This document shows positions 1 through 11,802 of a stretch of DNA of 21,735 bases, one piece after another. The stretch comes from Ginkgo biloba (taxonomy: Eukaryota > Plantae > Ginkgophyta), in assembly GCA_024626585.2 (NCBI GenBank), contig JANKJI020000004.1, positions 169,622,386 to 169,644,120 on the forward strand. The letters are read 5' to 3'. The notes below the pieces were generated by a model that was not told the DNA's origin, did not search any database, and saw nothing but the letters and a program-made list of their open reading frames with translations. Numbering within the stretch: position 1 is the stretch's first letter; every line of letters begins with the position of its first letter. Both the position numbers and the translations under genes were made by a program.

Positions 1-464
1 AAAGCATACTTTATCCGCATGTAAATAAATGTTTGTGTTGTTGAATGCATTCTTGAGTTTGTTTATCCACTCTTATAGTTTGAATGGTCCATTAAAATTC
101 AAGATTGATATTTTTAGGATAAAATTAGTGATTTATCCTCCCATTTTATCTACTTAGGAGACCATCACTTCCAGTTATACATTTTCCTCTAGGAACTTGT
201 ATTGATCCTCCAAATACATTTCTTCATCTATTTATTGATTGTATACTTAATAGTTCTCCTTTTAATTGACTTATTAATTTTGCTATATATTAAGTATGTT
301 AATTCATTAGTGGTAACATGTTTTGTTATTCCTATATATATTGATAGATACTAATAACTTCCATATCAAGTGTATTGATTTATTCTTCTTAAGGTTCCAT
401 ATTACTTTCCCATTATACATAGGTTTCTATGGACATGCAATATTTTTATAACATCACTTACTAA

Positions 465-476
465 CATTTGATACCA
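465..476 (-). promoter_or_regulatory. Degenerate primer-binding site (initiator tRNA-Met type)
   Basis: Plus CATTTGATACCA = minus TGGTATCAAATG; the first 8 nt match TGGTATCAGAGC. Confidence 0.4.
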
Positions 477-980
477 CTTATAAGGTAATAAATAGGAAAA
501 TTATTAAAAAATTAGATAATAATAATATGTAAAAAGATATTTAGTGGTAAAAAATACATGTAGGGATATAATATTTAATAAAATATCTTAATGATGATAT
601 TCAAATAAGAATGTCATAAATTATAGAGAATGTAAAAATTGGGAAGCGTTGTCATCCAAGATGAGAGAGAGGTCTTGAGAGTGATAGAAATAATTATAAG
701 AATGGATTAAGTACCTAATTACTAAGAAACCTAGAGCTAAAAGTCACATATATTCCTAGGGGTTCCAAACAATTCATGACAAGCAAGAATTCAGAATTTA
801 CTCAATTGCAATAAATGCTATGGAATATGCAACACAATTACATTTAAGAACAGCAACCAGAACCTTACCCATGAGCATCAACATATCATTGAAACAGAAT
901 CACTTGGAAGGTATGACAAAACAAGTATCATCGTTGACTAATTGTATCAAACACCGCGGAGGGATAACAATTAAATAAAT

Positions 981-1124
981 TCAAGAGCATCCAATGCATA
1001 TACTTCGAAACATGTCAATGCATATGCTTCCAAACGCGTAATAGTTAATACTTGTTTAACACATGCCACACAAGTACTAACAAGAAAACCAAGTCATGAG
1101 CATCTAATGCAAGTACTCTCAAAC
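981..1124. repeat. Short degenerate direct repeats (24-bp period plus a third, more distant copy)
   Basis: CAATGCATATACTTCGAAAC (992-1011) vs CAATGCATATGCTTCCAAAC (1016-1035); TCAAGAGCATCCAATGCA (981) vs TCATGAGCATCTAATGCA (1094). Confidence 0.6.
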
Positions 1125-2772
1125 AAAATATAAATGTCAACATTTAGTTTCATATGGCAAGAATACGTTTTCATTGACAGTATTCCCTTGATCGGAAAAC
1201 TAGATCTAGGAATTAGACAATTTAAAAGAAATCCCNNNNNNNNNNNNNNNNNAGAAATCCCACAAGATCACAAACATGAAAAAACACAACAAAATGACAG
1301 ATAAAAGGCCTCTGCAGGACTTCTTGAGAGTAGATTTGTTAATGAAGTAACTTCAAATCATTCAACAGTAATAAAATGGCCGCTATTTTATACATACGCT
1401 ATTAAAAAATTAACCACGTAGTACAAAAAGCCTGGGCAACAGCCAAAATTGATTTAATTAGATACTTTAGATNNNNNNNNNNNNNNNNNNNNNNNNNNNN
1501 NNNNNNNNNNNNNNNNNNNNNNNNNNNNNNNNNNNNNNNNNNNNNNNNNNNNNNNNNNNNNNNNNNNNNNNNGACCACCCAAAAGCCCATATTAGATGGT
1601 CCATGGAGAGGTCATGGTGGAAGTCAATTGGATGATGGAGTGTACATAAATGTTAAGAAGATAATAATAGTTTATTCAACATCTAAAAATTCAATTAGGT
1701 TTGAATACGATCGACAGGGGCATGCTATTTTCACAGAGAAGTATAAGGGTAATAGAGGAGGCATAACCGATGCAATAATATTTTAAATGCAATATAAATG
1801 CCATGGCTCTTAATTTTCTATAGTAAAATGCATGGAGAAAATTATTTAGGTCTGATATTAGTTTTGTAATATAAATGAAATTATCTCTTACCAGGATAAA
1901 GTGGTATGTTCTTTTGGCAGATTGAACTTGATTTTCAAACTCAAAAGTTTTATAAAAAGTAAAAATTACTAAACTGAATAGTCAAGATCAATATGCGATA
2001 TTTTACCTCTGTTATTCTCATTCAGTTCAAGATTAAGTAATGATCACCATAAANNNNNNNNNNTTATGTTGCTTTCTTCTCTTGAATAGCTTTGTATTGT
2101 GCAAATCCTTAAGCAAAGATGCAAATGCATTTGAATCTAAAAAAAATTCACAAGTTCAACTTAAATCATGGAATGCTTTTTCCAATCCATGGATATTGAT
2201 GGGCATTAAATACTAATGTGACAAATTTAACACTAACTTCCAATAATATAAAAGGAAGCATCTATTCAACTTTGTTCATTAAGACATCAAATAAATGGAA
2301 TTTTTCATATCATTATTTTAGAGAACAGATGTCAATTTTTTTTTCTAAAAACTATATGTAAGTCCCCAAAATATGTAATTCATATTATTCGCATTGCGAT
2401 GTCCCTTCCTATCGGAACCACAACAAACGAGGCAGTGATCATTTTTAAGGGTTCCACCTCCACATTAGATCTCGTGCTACGCACAGGNNNNNNNNNNATT
2501 AATCATGGAATGAGTGGTGTCTCTTTTAATCGCAAATTGCAGTGGATCTTCTCATGCTGATTACTTCATGTAATATTTGGTAGGCATGAATTTGACATTT
2601 GGCATCGCCAAGTAGTAGCTGAAGTGTGTGAGATGGACGATGCAGGGGATGGCATCACCTTGCTCATTTGAAGAAGACGGAGCACATTTATGCTGGGAAA
2701 TGAAGTTGAGCAGTGCAACTATTGGAAGATGATTTTAAATTGCAACCAAAACGAAGATTGGTAGCGGTGATA

Positions 2773-2942
2773 ATGGGCAAAGGGGATGCAGGACTGCCTC
2801 TGATGCGCCTCCTGAGAGTGAAGGGAATACCTGTTTTGCAGCAACTGCATTTGGAAGAGAGGTTGTTCCGTACCACTCCACATAATTGGTGCATTATCAA
2901 TGATGGCACCAATGCTCCTACCATTGTTATGGGCATTTCTGG
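2773..2942 (+). CDS. LPLA: Lipoate-protein ligase A (plant LplA), coding exon 1
   Basis: ATG at 2773 gives MGKGDAGLPLMRLLRVKGIPVLQQLHLEERLFRTTPHNWCIINDGTNAPTIVMGISG. The QQLHLEERL..NWCIINDGT..IVMG motif is typical of the plant LplA N-terminus. In-frame stop upstream (TGA 2707-2709). Ends GG|GTATGT (phase 2). Confidence 0.92.
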
Positions 2943-3028
2943 GTATGTTTGGCTTCTTTTATCATATAGCAATGGTAAGGAATGTGGCACCCGTAATCTC
3001 ATTTGTACACAAAATTTTAATAATGCAG
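2943..3028 (+). other. Intron 1 of LPLA (86 nt, GT-AG)
   Basis: GTATGT...TAATGCAG; removal joins GG+G to give ISG-QPEQLIEV in frame. Confidence 0.9.
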
Positions 3029-3267
3029 GCAACCGGAGCAATTGATTGAAGTGCAACCTGTACTGCGTGATCGTATTCCCGTCATCAAACGGTTTAGCGG
3101 TGGAGGCACAGTTATAGTTGACAGCGGCACTGTTTTTGTGACATTGATTTGCAATCAGAATGCTGTTCCCAATTTGCAGCTGTATCCTCGGCCCATTATG
3201 TCATGGACAGAACAGCTTTACTCTCCTGTTTTCAAAGGGGTTGCGGATTTCCGCCTACGAGAGCATG
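3029..3267 (+). CDS. LPLA: Lipoate-protein ligase A, coding exon 2
   Basis: QPEQLIEVQPVLRDRIPVIKRFSGGGTVIVDSGTVFVTLICNQNAVPNLQLYPRPIMSWTEQLYSPVFKGVADFRLREH. Contains the LplA signature (R/K)RxSGGGTV. Ends G|GTATTG (phase 1). Confidence 0.93.
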
Positions 3268-3282
3268 GTATTGTTAGTTTGA

Positions 3283-3346
3283 AAACCCTGAACTTTAAAC
3301 CCCAGTTATGCGCTTATGTATTGTGATTTTAAAACTCTAAACCCTA
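3283..3346 (+). promoter_or_regulatory. Telo-box (AAACCCTA) with three degenerate neighbours at the start of intron 2
   Basis: AAACCCTG 3283, AAACCCCA 3297, AAACTCTA 3332, perfect AAACCCTA 3339-3346. Confidence 0.3.
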
Positions 3347-4075
3347 GTTATTCACTTGGAGTTTCATCCATTCCTGTCAAACAAAATCTCGGTAATGGTT
3401 TGAGACTCCACATTGCCCTTTACTTGTCGTTCAAAACGCTTTCCAACTTGCGAAATTCATATTTTACAACATGTTATTAATGATGTCAGAGTTGGATGCA
3501 AGAGGCATAGTTCAGATCCTCTGATCAATTATTAGGGCATACACATGGACTTTGATTGATCTGTCATAAAGCAATACACGGAGCAAGACTTTTCTCCACT
3601 TATTGAAGACTTGAAACACCAAGGAAAACCTTGATATCAAATGAGAAGATGAACTAAAGGGTGATTTGAAGATCCTAATGATAAATACAAACTTAATGAT
3701 GACCTCAAGGTTCTAATCAAACAGAAAAATGAAGATAATAAGCGAAGGCATTAAAAGCATAAACTGCACTATGTAGTGGATTGGAAATGTTTCGACTCTA
3801 ATTAACATTAATTATTTGTTAATTAGTATTATAACTTTAGATAGCATTATGTATTAATTAATAGATAAATTAACAATTAGGAATGTTAGTTTCGATGAAG
3901 GGTCACGTGATGAATATGTGTCTCTCCATAAAGCACCCATTGACTCTTTATGATCTATATATAGGCCATTGTGGGNNNNNNNNNNNNNNNNNNNNNNNNN
4001 NNNNNNNNNNNNNNNNNNNNNNNNNNNNNNNNNNNNNNNNNNNNNNNNNNNNNNNNNNNNNNNNNNNNNNNNNNN

Positions 4076-4224
4076 ACTAGCCCTTACGAGGCTCTTCTTC
4101 AACGTCTAAGGTCTTTTCTCTACCTATTGACTTGCCATAGGGTTTTTCAAGCCCGTTGACCAACTTTGACTGACCTTTGACCAAATTTGAAAGGTCTTGG
4201 ACTAGGGTTGACTGGGCTGTGACA
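4076..4224 (-). mobile_element. LTR 5' end (family A, copy 1), cut by the N gap at 3976-4075
   Basis: Minus strand starts TGTCACAGCCCAGTCAACCCTAGTCCAAG. It aligns with minus 15123 (TGTTACAGCCCAGTCAACC) and plus 21551 (TGTTACAACCTGATCAACCCTAGTCCAAG...GCTTGAAAAAC...ACCTTAGA...AAGAAGAGC). All three homologies stop at the same TG terminus. Confidence 0.75.
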
Positions 4225-5750
4225 GCTGTCACTCAGGACCAACCAGAGGCTGCAAGTCTATTCATTGGATAGGAAACAACCTCAAATAATGTGCAGCATA
4301 GAGTTGAGGCAAATTCCCATTAGTCCATTAGTCCATTGACCAGAGACAACACTGATAAAAATAGCTGCTAATGCTCTGAAGCCAAGAGTCCTTAATACTT
4401 AGAGCCATTAGCCACACAAGAGTGGGATGCTAGATAAAACTAGGTAAGCTTCTTGATCAAACCCCACCAGGGGAAAAATGTTGAATACAAAAAATGTGAA
4501 AACGAAACCTGATAAATCATGGCCACTGATGGGGCTCACCCCAGTCAAACATGTGCCTGATGGTGGTAAACAAGGATCAAACTTTGCTTATGCACACAGC
4601 AGAATGGAGAAATTTGAAGATCATGCTCCACAACAATGAACTTCTCCACAGATGCCCCACATTCTCAAAGGGTTGAGCAAAATGCTCATACCAGCCAAAC
4701 TCTGCATGGGGAAAACAAGTGCAGGCCTGCACTGGCTAAAGCATCTCTCCACAAATATGCCTTCCTGATGGTGGTGCCTTCAACTCCATCAGAACGTCAA
4801 GTCTGGGATCTCCATATCAGACCAGCAGGGACCCGAACTATAAAAATGCAGAAAAGAAAATGGGCAGCAACCACCACACACTGCCTTGAGAACACTAACA
4901 GGTCTTTTCCACCGATGACCACCAGCTGGGGAAATCATGCCAGTGTACAACAAAGTAATCGCAAGCAGAGGAGGTCCCCTGGATTAGCTCCTCAAAAAGC
5001 TTAGGGTAAAATGAACCCTTAACTGCACTTTTCTTTACATTCCAAACTATTCTTCAGATGGTTCTCCCTTCCTCCTCGAGATGGTGTCCGTACACTGTTG
5101 ATCCAGCCTGTGGCTTCCTTAAGGCTTCTCCTTTCCTTTATTCAGCTTCCAGCTGAGCTGAGGCAGTCTCAGACGAGCCTTGTGGAATTAAGGAGTTTGA
5201 GAAATTTTCACTTCAGTGCAGCCAGCAGGCATTCTTTTCAAAGACAACTCATCACAGAATTAAAGTAATCTGTTTATATCCAACCTACCATTTCAAAAGT
5301 GTATCCTGCATGAAAGGCAACTGCTGTCGTTTAGTGAAAATAGTTTCTACATTGTATTATCTTCAGCTAGTTTCTCTGTTTGAATGCCAACTTTTGGGCT
5401 TTGAAAAGATTAATGTTCATAAATGGTCACAATGGCCTTCTGTGCATTGATATATTGTTTCTGGTTCTGCAATCTGAATTGAGTCTTGTTCATCTACTTC
5501 TTGATTATCATTTCTCTCCATTAGCACACGTGCTATACGGCAAGCAAAATCAACCCGGAAATTTTCAAATTTATGGTTGTATTTATAACTTTCTAAAATC
5601 TAGCTTACTTCGAGCATTTCCTCGTAAAACAAAGTACAGAATGTATGTAAAATTGTATAAAAGGTGTCATTTTTGTAGGAGTTTATTAAGATAGTTTGTG
5701 GATATTTCTGCTCAGTATTAACTTTAACATTCCTCAATGAACATTCTCAG

Positions 5751-5899
5751 ATTATGCTTTTGGGGATCGCAAGTTTGGTGGTAATGCGCAATCCATAACA
5801 AAAGGACGTTGGCTCCATCATACATCATTTTTGTGGGACTACAAGGCTGAAAATATGGCTTACTTGAAACTTCCAGCCCGTGCTCCAAAGTATCGCTTG
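5751..5899 (+). CDS. LPLA: Lipoate-protein ligase A, coding exon 3 (gene continues; last exon not found)
   Basis: (D)YAFGDRKFGGNAQSITKGRWLHHTSFLWDYKAENMAYLKLPARAPKYRL. KFGGNAQ carries the conserved catalytic Lys and HHTSFL corresponds to the LplA HHGTLL motif. Ends TTG|GTAAGT (consensus donor, phase 0). Confidence 0.93.
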
Positions 5900-6592
5900 G
5901 TAAGTACTTCATGCTGTACCGTCTCATGTTTTGGCTCACTTTTCACTTGGGTCTACTACAATAATAGAATTCTGACAAGCAATTTATTTTGTTGGAACAC
6001 CTTCATCGGGGAATTCTATCTCCAGGAGGCAATCTCTAGTCTAGAAGGAGACAACCAATCCATTCCCTGCAGTGAGGGTTTCAAAGGCAGCTGGGACTTT
6101 ATGAAGGCATTATTTCTAAGATTCACTTTAATATGTCTCTTCCTAGCCTATCTTTGAGTATATCAAGCCAAGGGCAGCACAGTCTAGTTAGAACCCCTTT
6201 ATCATTAACTATTGTAGGGTGACTATGTTTCTGAGTGATCATCTTGTTATTTAGGCCTTCCTTTGGACTCCGTTAAATATCTGTTACAGTGGTGTATCAT
6301 GCGTGGCAGTAGCCAAGTATATTGTTCCATGTTTATTTAGCATACTTCATAAATCAACCTTGATCTATCTCATTTGTAGTAATATCATCCTTTGTTTCCT
6401 ATTCTCTTATGGAAGCAATGAGATACAAATTATGCCATGGGTTTAAATGATTTATTTCACATCATGAACCCATTACAACAGTAGTTAGTCTTACGTAGCC
6501 ATCTTTATGTAGTNNNNNNNNNNNNNNNNNNNNNNNNNNNNNNNNNNNNNNNNNNNNNNNNNAGGGTAGATTTACATTATCAAGTGGATATA

Positions 6593-6770
6593 TGTATCCT
6601 ATTGAATAGGAAATACCATTACAACAATTCTCCCATCTCAAAGGACTTTGTCTTCAAGTGAGAAATTCATTGAAGTTCCCATATAACTTATCCATCACTT
6701 GTTAGTTTGTATATGCCCTTGAGACGTGCATATCCTATTCAATAGGGATTTCCATCACAATGATCCTGCC
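6593..6770. repeat. Diverged direct repeat (136-bp offset), each copy centred on a CCTATT-N-AATAGG palindrome
   Basis: TATCCTATTGAATAGGAAATACCATTACAA (6595) vs TATCCTATTCAATAGGGATTTCCATCACAA (6731). Confidence 0.55.
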
Positions 6771-6904
6771 TTCTGGAAAGACATTGCTCTTCCATTATTT
6801 TTCTGTTGGAGTTCCATCGGACTGGGTGAGTAATGTCAAATTGGATAGAGAGTAGATCGTGTTTACAATCTAGTCTCTAGTTTATCATTTTGCGAGTTTA
6901 TATA

Positions 6905-7017
6905 GAGTAATTCTCCTTTGGTCACTACTTGCAATGGGTAAATTAGAGCTTTGACAGTGTGTGTGGAGCAATTCTCCTTCTGGTCACTACTTGCAATGGG
7001 TAAATTAGACCTTTGAC
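6905..7017. repeat. Tandem duplication, ~61-bp period, 2 copies
   Basis: GAGTAATTCTCCTTTGGTCACTACTTGCAATGGGTAAATTAGAGCTTTGAC vs GAGCAATTCTCCTTCTGGTCACTACTTGCAATGGGTAAATTAGACCTTTGAC. Confidence 0.85.
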
Positions 7018-7094
7018 TCTGCATGCTCGCATGCATGCGTCTTTTGAATCTGTAAAAAGAAATGCTTGAATAAAACAACTCGGCCATAAATTTG

Positions 7095-8003
7095 NNNNNN
7101 NNNNNNNNNNNNNNNNNNNNNNNNNNNNNNNNNNNNNNNNNNNNNNNNNNNNNNNNNNNNNNNNNNNNNNNNNNNNNNNNNNNNNNNNNNNNNNNNNNNN
7201 NNNNNNNNNNNNNNNNNNNNNNNNNNNNNNNNNNNNNNNNNNNNNNNNNNNNNNNNNNNNNNNNNNNNNNNNNNNNNNNNNNNNNNNNNNNNNNNNNNNN
7301 NNNNNNNNNNNNNNNNNNNNNNNNNNNNNNNNNNNNNNNNNNNNNNNNNNNNNNNNNNNNNNNNNNNNNNNNNNNNNNNNNNNNNNNNNNNNNNNNNNNN
7401 NNNNNNNNNNNNNNNNNNNNNNNNNNNNNNNNNNNNNNNNNNNNNNNNNNNNNNNNNNNNNNNNNNNNNNNNNNNNNNNNNNNNNNNNNNNNNNNNNNNN
7501 NNNNNNNNNNNNNNNNNNNNNNNNNNNNNNNNNNNNNNNNNNNNNNNNNNNNNNNNNNNNNNNNNNNNNNNNNNNNNNNNNNNNNNNNNNNNNNNNNNNN
7601 NNNNNNNNNNNNNNNNNNNNNNNNNNNNNNNNNNNNNNNNNNNNNNNNNNNNNNNNNNNNNNNNNNNNNNNNNNNNNNNNNNNNNNNNNNNNNNNNNNNN
7701 NNNNNNNNNNNNNNNNNNNNNNNNNNNNNNNNNNNNNNNNNNNNNNNNNNNNNNNNNNNNNNNNNNNNNNNNNNNNNNNNNNNNNNNNNNNNNNNNNNNN
7801 NNNNNNNNNNNNNNNNNNNNNNNNNNNNNNNNNNNNNNNNNNNNNNNNNNNNNNNNNNNNNNNNNNNNNNNNNNNNNNNNNNNNNNNNNNNNNNNNNNNN
7901 NNNNNNNNNNNNNNNNNNNNNNNNNNNNNNNNNNNNNNNNNNNNNNNNNNNNNNNNNNNNNNNNNNNNNNNNNNNNNNNNNNNNNNNNNNNNNNNNNNNN
8001 NNN
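7095..8003. other. Assembly gap (~909 N), the largest of many in the window
   Basis: Run of N. Confidence 0.99.
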
Positions 8004-11000
8004 CCCTTATGGGTTCTCTTTTCATGTTGACTTTAAGAGTAAAATACTGAGGGATTCCCTATTGTTGGACTTAGAAAACTAGCATATAAACTTTTAATAA
8101 GGTGCTCAAGTTGCCACATCTTCTTCCAAGATAATTTAATTCGACTTTCTTTTGTTAATGCTCAATGTGTTGACTACTTCCTCCCATATATATATTCATA
8201 CTCAAAACAATAATGCTTTGTGGCAGAGTTTTAGACGACTCCTCGAGTAGGTCCACCTATAACGTGCAAAGACTTTGCTTCTTGTTCATTAGTTTTCAAT
8301 TTCACAACCTAAATGTGTGCATGTACACCTTTCTTATTGTTTGATGACTTTCAAGGATTGGTACCTAAGAGAAAACCTATTTGTGGGGATATCACGTTTG
8401 GAAGAAACAATATTTGGCCATTTGCGATATTCAACGACTAAAATTGCTCATGGAAGATTTCAATATTCTTTCGTGTGTTTGTTATAAATACATGCTTCTA
8501 GGATTGACTCCGCGGTAAACATTCTCATCCATATATTTCGAAGGGGACGGTGACATTGTCGCTACAATACCAAACCATAACGATAGATCCCAAAAAGCCA
8601 TTGGTTTATAGAATGGTGGTGGGTACATAGGTACTAACATTTGCATATTTTTCCACCGGGCCTCTTATACTATGGTACAAATTTATAGCAGATAGACTAG
8701 ACTAGTAAGTTTCAATGCATTCATTAATTAATATATGGCCTAATTATTCCTTAAATTCATGAATACCAAACTTAATAGTATAATACATTCAATTTATTTT
8801 GGCCATAGAGCATTAGTGCAAGGGTGTGATGTTATGGAGGATGAGAATCCACCCAACTAGTATGGTTATGAGGTGAATAGGTTTATGGATTGAATATAAC
8901 ATGGAGGTAGGTGGGATGATAGAAAATGGAGACATAACTAGAGAGGGGGATAGGGATGATGGTGAGACACTATGATGGATTTTTATAGTCTAACGAAGTT
9001 GCTAGCAAGAATGCATGAGAAGATATAGATTACAAGGGGACTAGTAGTATGTTCTAAGGTAGAGAAAAAGGTTTCTTATTTCAACATCTATTCTTGAAGC
9101 TAAACTTAATATATATGCCTCTATCTTATTTATATAAAGATAGACGAATATAAAAAAACCATAATCCTAATAATAAGTTAAATGCTTTTTAACTTATTAT
9201 TATAAATGCCAACATAATTGTTATAGATAAGAATTAATATATGGTATGTGAGTATAAATTAATAATTACTATAGTATATATATATTAATAGTTATATTAT
9301 TAATAATAGTTATATCAATTAAAAAACTATGGATCTACCTCAATTCATAGTCATTCACCTCTTTGGTAATTGACCAAGCTATCCAGCTCACTTACCAGAA
9401 AATTTAAGTGTTGAGAGGCCAAAAATAAGCTTACTTCATTGAAGGGGGTACTAGTAGGGATGCCCAAAGAAGAAGACAACAATGATGATGCCAAAGGAAT
9501 ATGACCTTAGTTTTTCATTTACATTAGGCTATCATGACAGGACTGCCTCCTTTTTGTCCTCTCTCAATCCGCATACCCAATATTAGGATATTTTGTAATA
9601 ACTTCTCATTAATTAAGTTAGGGTTAGTTCAATAGTTGTAGGCACAATCAGTAAATTGAAAATGGCTGTGGCTATGGTTCCTCTATTTTTTTTTGTAAGA
9701 GGTATTTGCATTACAATAATTTCAGTCAAGTAGCTGAACAGAACTCGTGTATGATGTAGAAACTACTGCTGGACTGCTTTGTATGATGTATCAGAATTGC
9801 CAGATTTATCCCAGTGGCTAAATGACAATCAAGTTCTATATAATGCAATAATAGTTTTGATAGTATTGAATATGTGGTTTTAAAAAAGAAGGATCTCATT
9901 GTGTTAAAAAACCAATGTTTGAGAGGACTACATAATGAAAATGATATCCTAAGCAAAACTTAGGTAAAACAATGAAATGAACTTATATTTGACACCAGAG
10001 TCCAAAGTTGGAAACGTGCTAGGAATGGTACTTACAACGAGTTGAATACAGGACAAAAACAGACTTCTGCATGTTCATCATTTAGAGATATNNNNNNNNN
10101 NNNNNNNNNNNNNNNNNNNNNNNNNNNNNNNNNNNNNNNNNNNNNNNNNNNNNNNNNNNTGGGAGAATACTACTCTGAAAGTGTTTGCCTTCAAGAGCTA
10201 GTGAACTTCCGGAATTGTTTCATTCATACAATGAATCTCACCAGTATGTGGACACAGAGAAATTTTCTTTACATGAAAGGGTGAGGTACGAAGACAAGTT
10301 AAAAAAGGAAGAACATTTACAAGAAGAATAAGCGGATTTATAATTGAAGTTCTAGGATTCAATATTAAAAGCAGTGCATGATCTTCTCAAATTACAGAGA
10401 AAACAACCATCTGTTGATGGTAAAGTCACTTCCCCTCTATACGTATTGAGAAATCTAAGATTTTGGATCAGAGAAGATGCAAGGGCAGGTCAAACATCCG
10501 ATTGTCAATCATAAGGACAAACAGGAGGATCAAACATAAATGCATTGTGTGGTGAATGCCCACGAAGAGTAATCCTTCGCTAAGTAGGAAGAACATCACA
10601 AATCACTACATCCCAAAGGAACAACAATACAAGCCTCACTGATGATTGAAGATCCACCCGAGTTGAAACTAGTTAGGACAATACACTATGCATCAACTAA
10701 AATAGTAAGAACACATGGATAGCATTATACACCTATAATTGAGGATGATATTACAAACAAAGAGCATATTGAACTTGTTGTGAGTACAATGGGACATAAG
10801 GACCATAAGGAACCAAATGATGATATTGTCATAAGGAGGAATGCAGATGATATAAATAAGGTTTATGCTAATTTAGATTTCTCATATTAAATTGTTAGTT
10901 AGTTGCATTGTAGTTTTGTTTATGAATGCTATATACACTTCCTAAAGCATTGTGAAAGTGATGTCTTCAAAGCATCCACAATCAAACATCTCCATAGATA

Positions 11001-11023
11001 ATATTGTGGGCATCTTAAAGATA

Positions 11024-11442
11024 GGGAGATACTAGGACTCGAGAANNNNNNNNNNNNNNNNNNNNNNNNNNNNNNNNNNNNNNNNNNNNNNNNNNNNNNN
11101 NNNNNNNNNNNNNNNNNNNNNNNNNNNNNNNNNNNNNNNNNNNNNCCAACAACAAAAACTTTGAGTTTGCAATGAGCAAAAATGTGTATTTATGCTTGAA
11201 AAAACATTCTAGGCATTTTTTAGTTATCATTACTTATTTCTTCTTCTTTTTTCAAGTTTTCTAAGAGAAAAAATGGAAAAAAAAAGAGCAAAAGGATAGG
11301 AAACGTCTCCTAGTCGTACCCAATCTAAGTACAGTCGAGATGAGGCAGGGAAACGTCTTCTTGCCGTACATGAGTCGTATTTGCTTCCGAGACGTGTTGG
11401 GTACAAAATCGAGACCCTCTGAGGCAAATCCTGGTAACTTAG
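11024..11442. mobile_element. Probable non-autonomous DNA transposon (hAT-like MITE), interrupted by a 100-N gap
   Basis: Right end ...AATCCTGGTAACTTAG (rc CTAAGTTACCAGGATTTG) partly matches left GGGAGATACTAGGACTCG. CpG-rich subterminal motifs (GAAACGTC x2, GAGACGT, GTCGTA) cluster at 11299-11415 in otherwise CpG-poor DNA. No TSD seen. Confidence 0.4.
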
Positions 11443-11802
11443 TTATTCTTTATAACATGATATGATATCTGATGGTGTCTATAATTGGCATATCATTGGA
11501 AGATTCCTTTTGTATCAATTGCATGAGTTTATTTCGTCTTTGAGAGCAAGAACCATTCATTACATAGCATTGAGTATCCATTCTCACCATACAAAATCAA
11601 CATTTTAGCAAGGTCATTCAGTCTATCAAAATGACATTGATCTTACCCTTTAATGTTATAGAACAATGGGAGATAATGTTTGGGTACAAACCACACAAAG
11701 GAAACAACTTTGGAAGAGACACATGCCCAATCTAGAGTGAACAAATAATTATGACATCTTGACAATAGTACCCAAAGCAACAACAGCAAATGGAGGTGGC
11801 AA

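Larger units (their letters stand above)
1..1452 (-). mobile_element. Heavily decayed 5' end of an LTR retrotransposon (LTR remnant, PBS, gag-like remnant); boundaries approximate
   Basis: Minus strand reads TGGTATCAAATG at 476-465 (Met-tRNA PBS consensus TGGTATCAGAGC), preceded by TTATAAG (a decayed ..CA end). Downstream on minus (~115-1) it translates to KISILNFNGPFKL*EWINKLKNAF, resembling a gypsy gag 'F.G.....W..K.E..F' segment. Minus-strand TATA-like GTATAAAATAG near 1383-1393. Confidence 0.35.
3268..5750 (+). other. Intron 2 of LPLA (~2.5 kb including a 100-N gap; carries LTR fragments)
   Basis: GTATTG...ACATTCTCAG; removal joins G+AT to give LREH-D-YAFGDRKFGG in frame. Confidence 0.88.

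Noticed and set aside
1227-1261. AGAAATCCC repeated on both sides of a short gap
   Set aside because: Most likely overlapping contig ends, not a biological duplication.
2688-3056. 122-aa minus-strand ORF (also 5724-5939)
   Set aside because: Antisense shadows of LPLA exons with no independent motif.
3470-3975. Possible plus-strand LTR fragment (TATA-like CTATATATAGG near 3955) with faint resemblance to 10690-11010
   Set aside because: No defined ends or TSD, and the similarity is too weak to establish by eye.
5900-6157. In-frame read-through of exon 3 (VSTSCCTV...LAYL) as the C-terminus
   Set aside because: Similarity to LplA stops exactly at the consensus GTAAGT donor; the extension looks intronic.
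6943-8030. Long ORFs of 360 and 312 aa, and the other X-containing ORFs
   Set aside because: Artefacts of translating through N gaps.
8004-10980. Repeat-like sequence with LTR-style composition
   Set aside because: Probably old TE debris, but I could not recognise any domain, terminus or internal homology.
11518-11550. CATGAGTTTATT (HEFI) as a candidate LPLA exon 4; likewise GATCACATATCTTTC near 14332
   Set aside because: Wrong motif spacing, no CRMK-like continuation and no suitable phase-0 acceptor; the second lies inside a TE.
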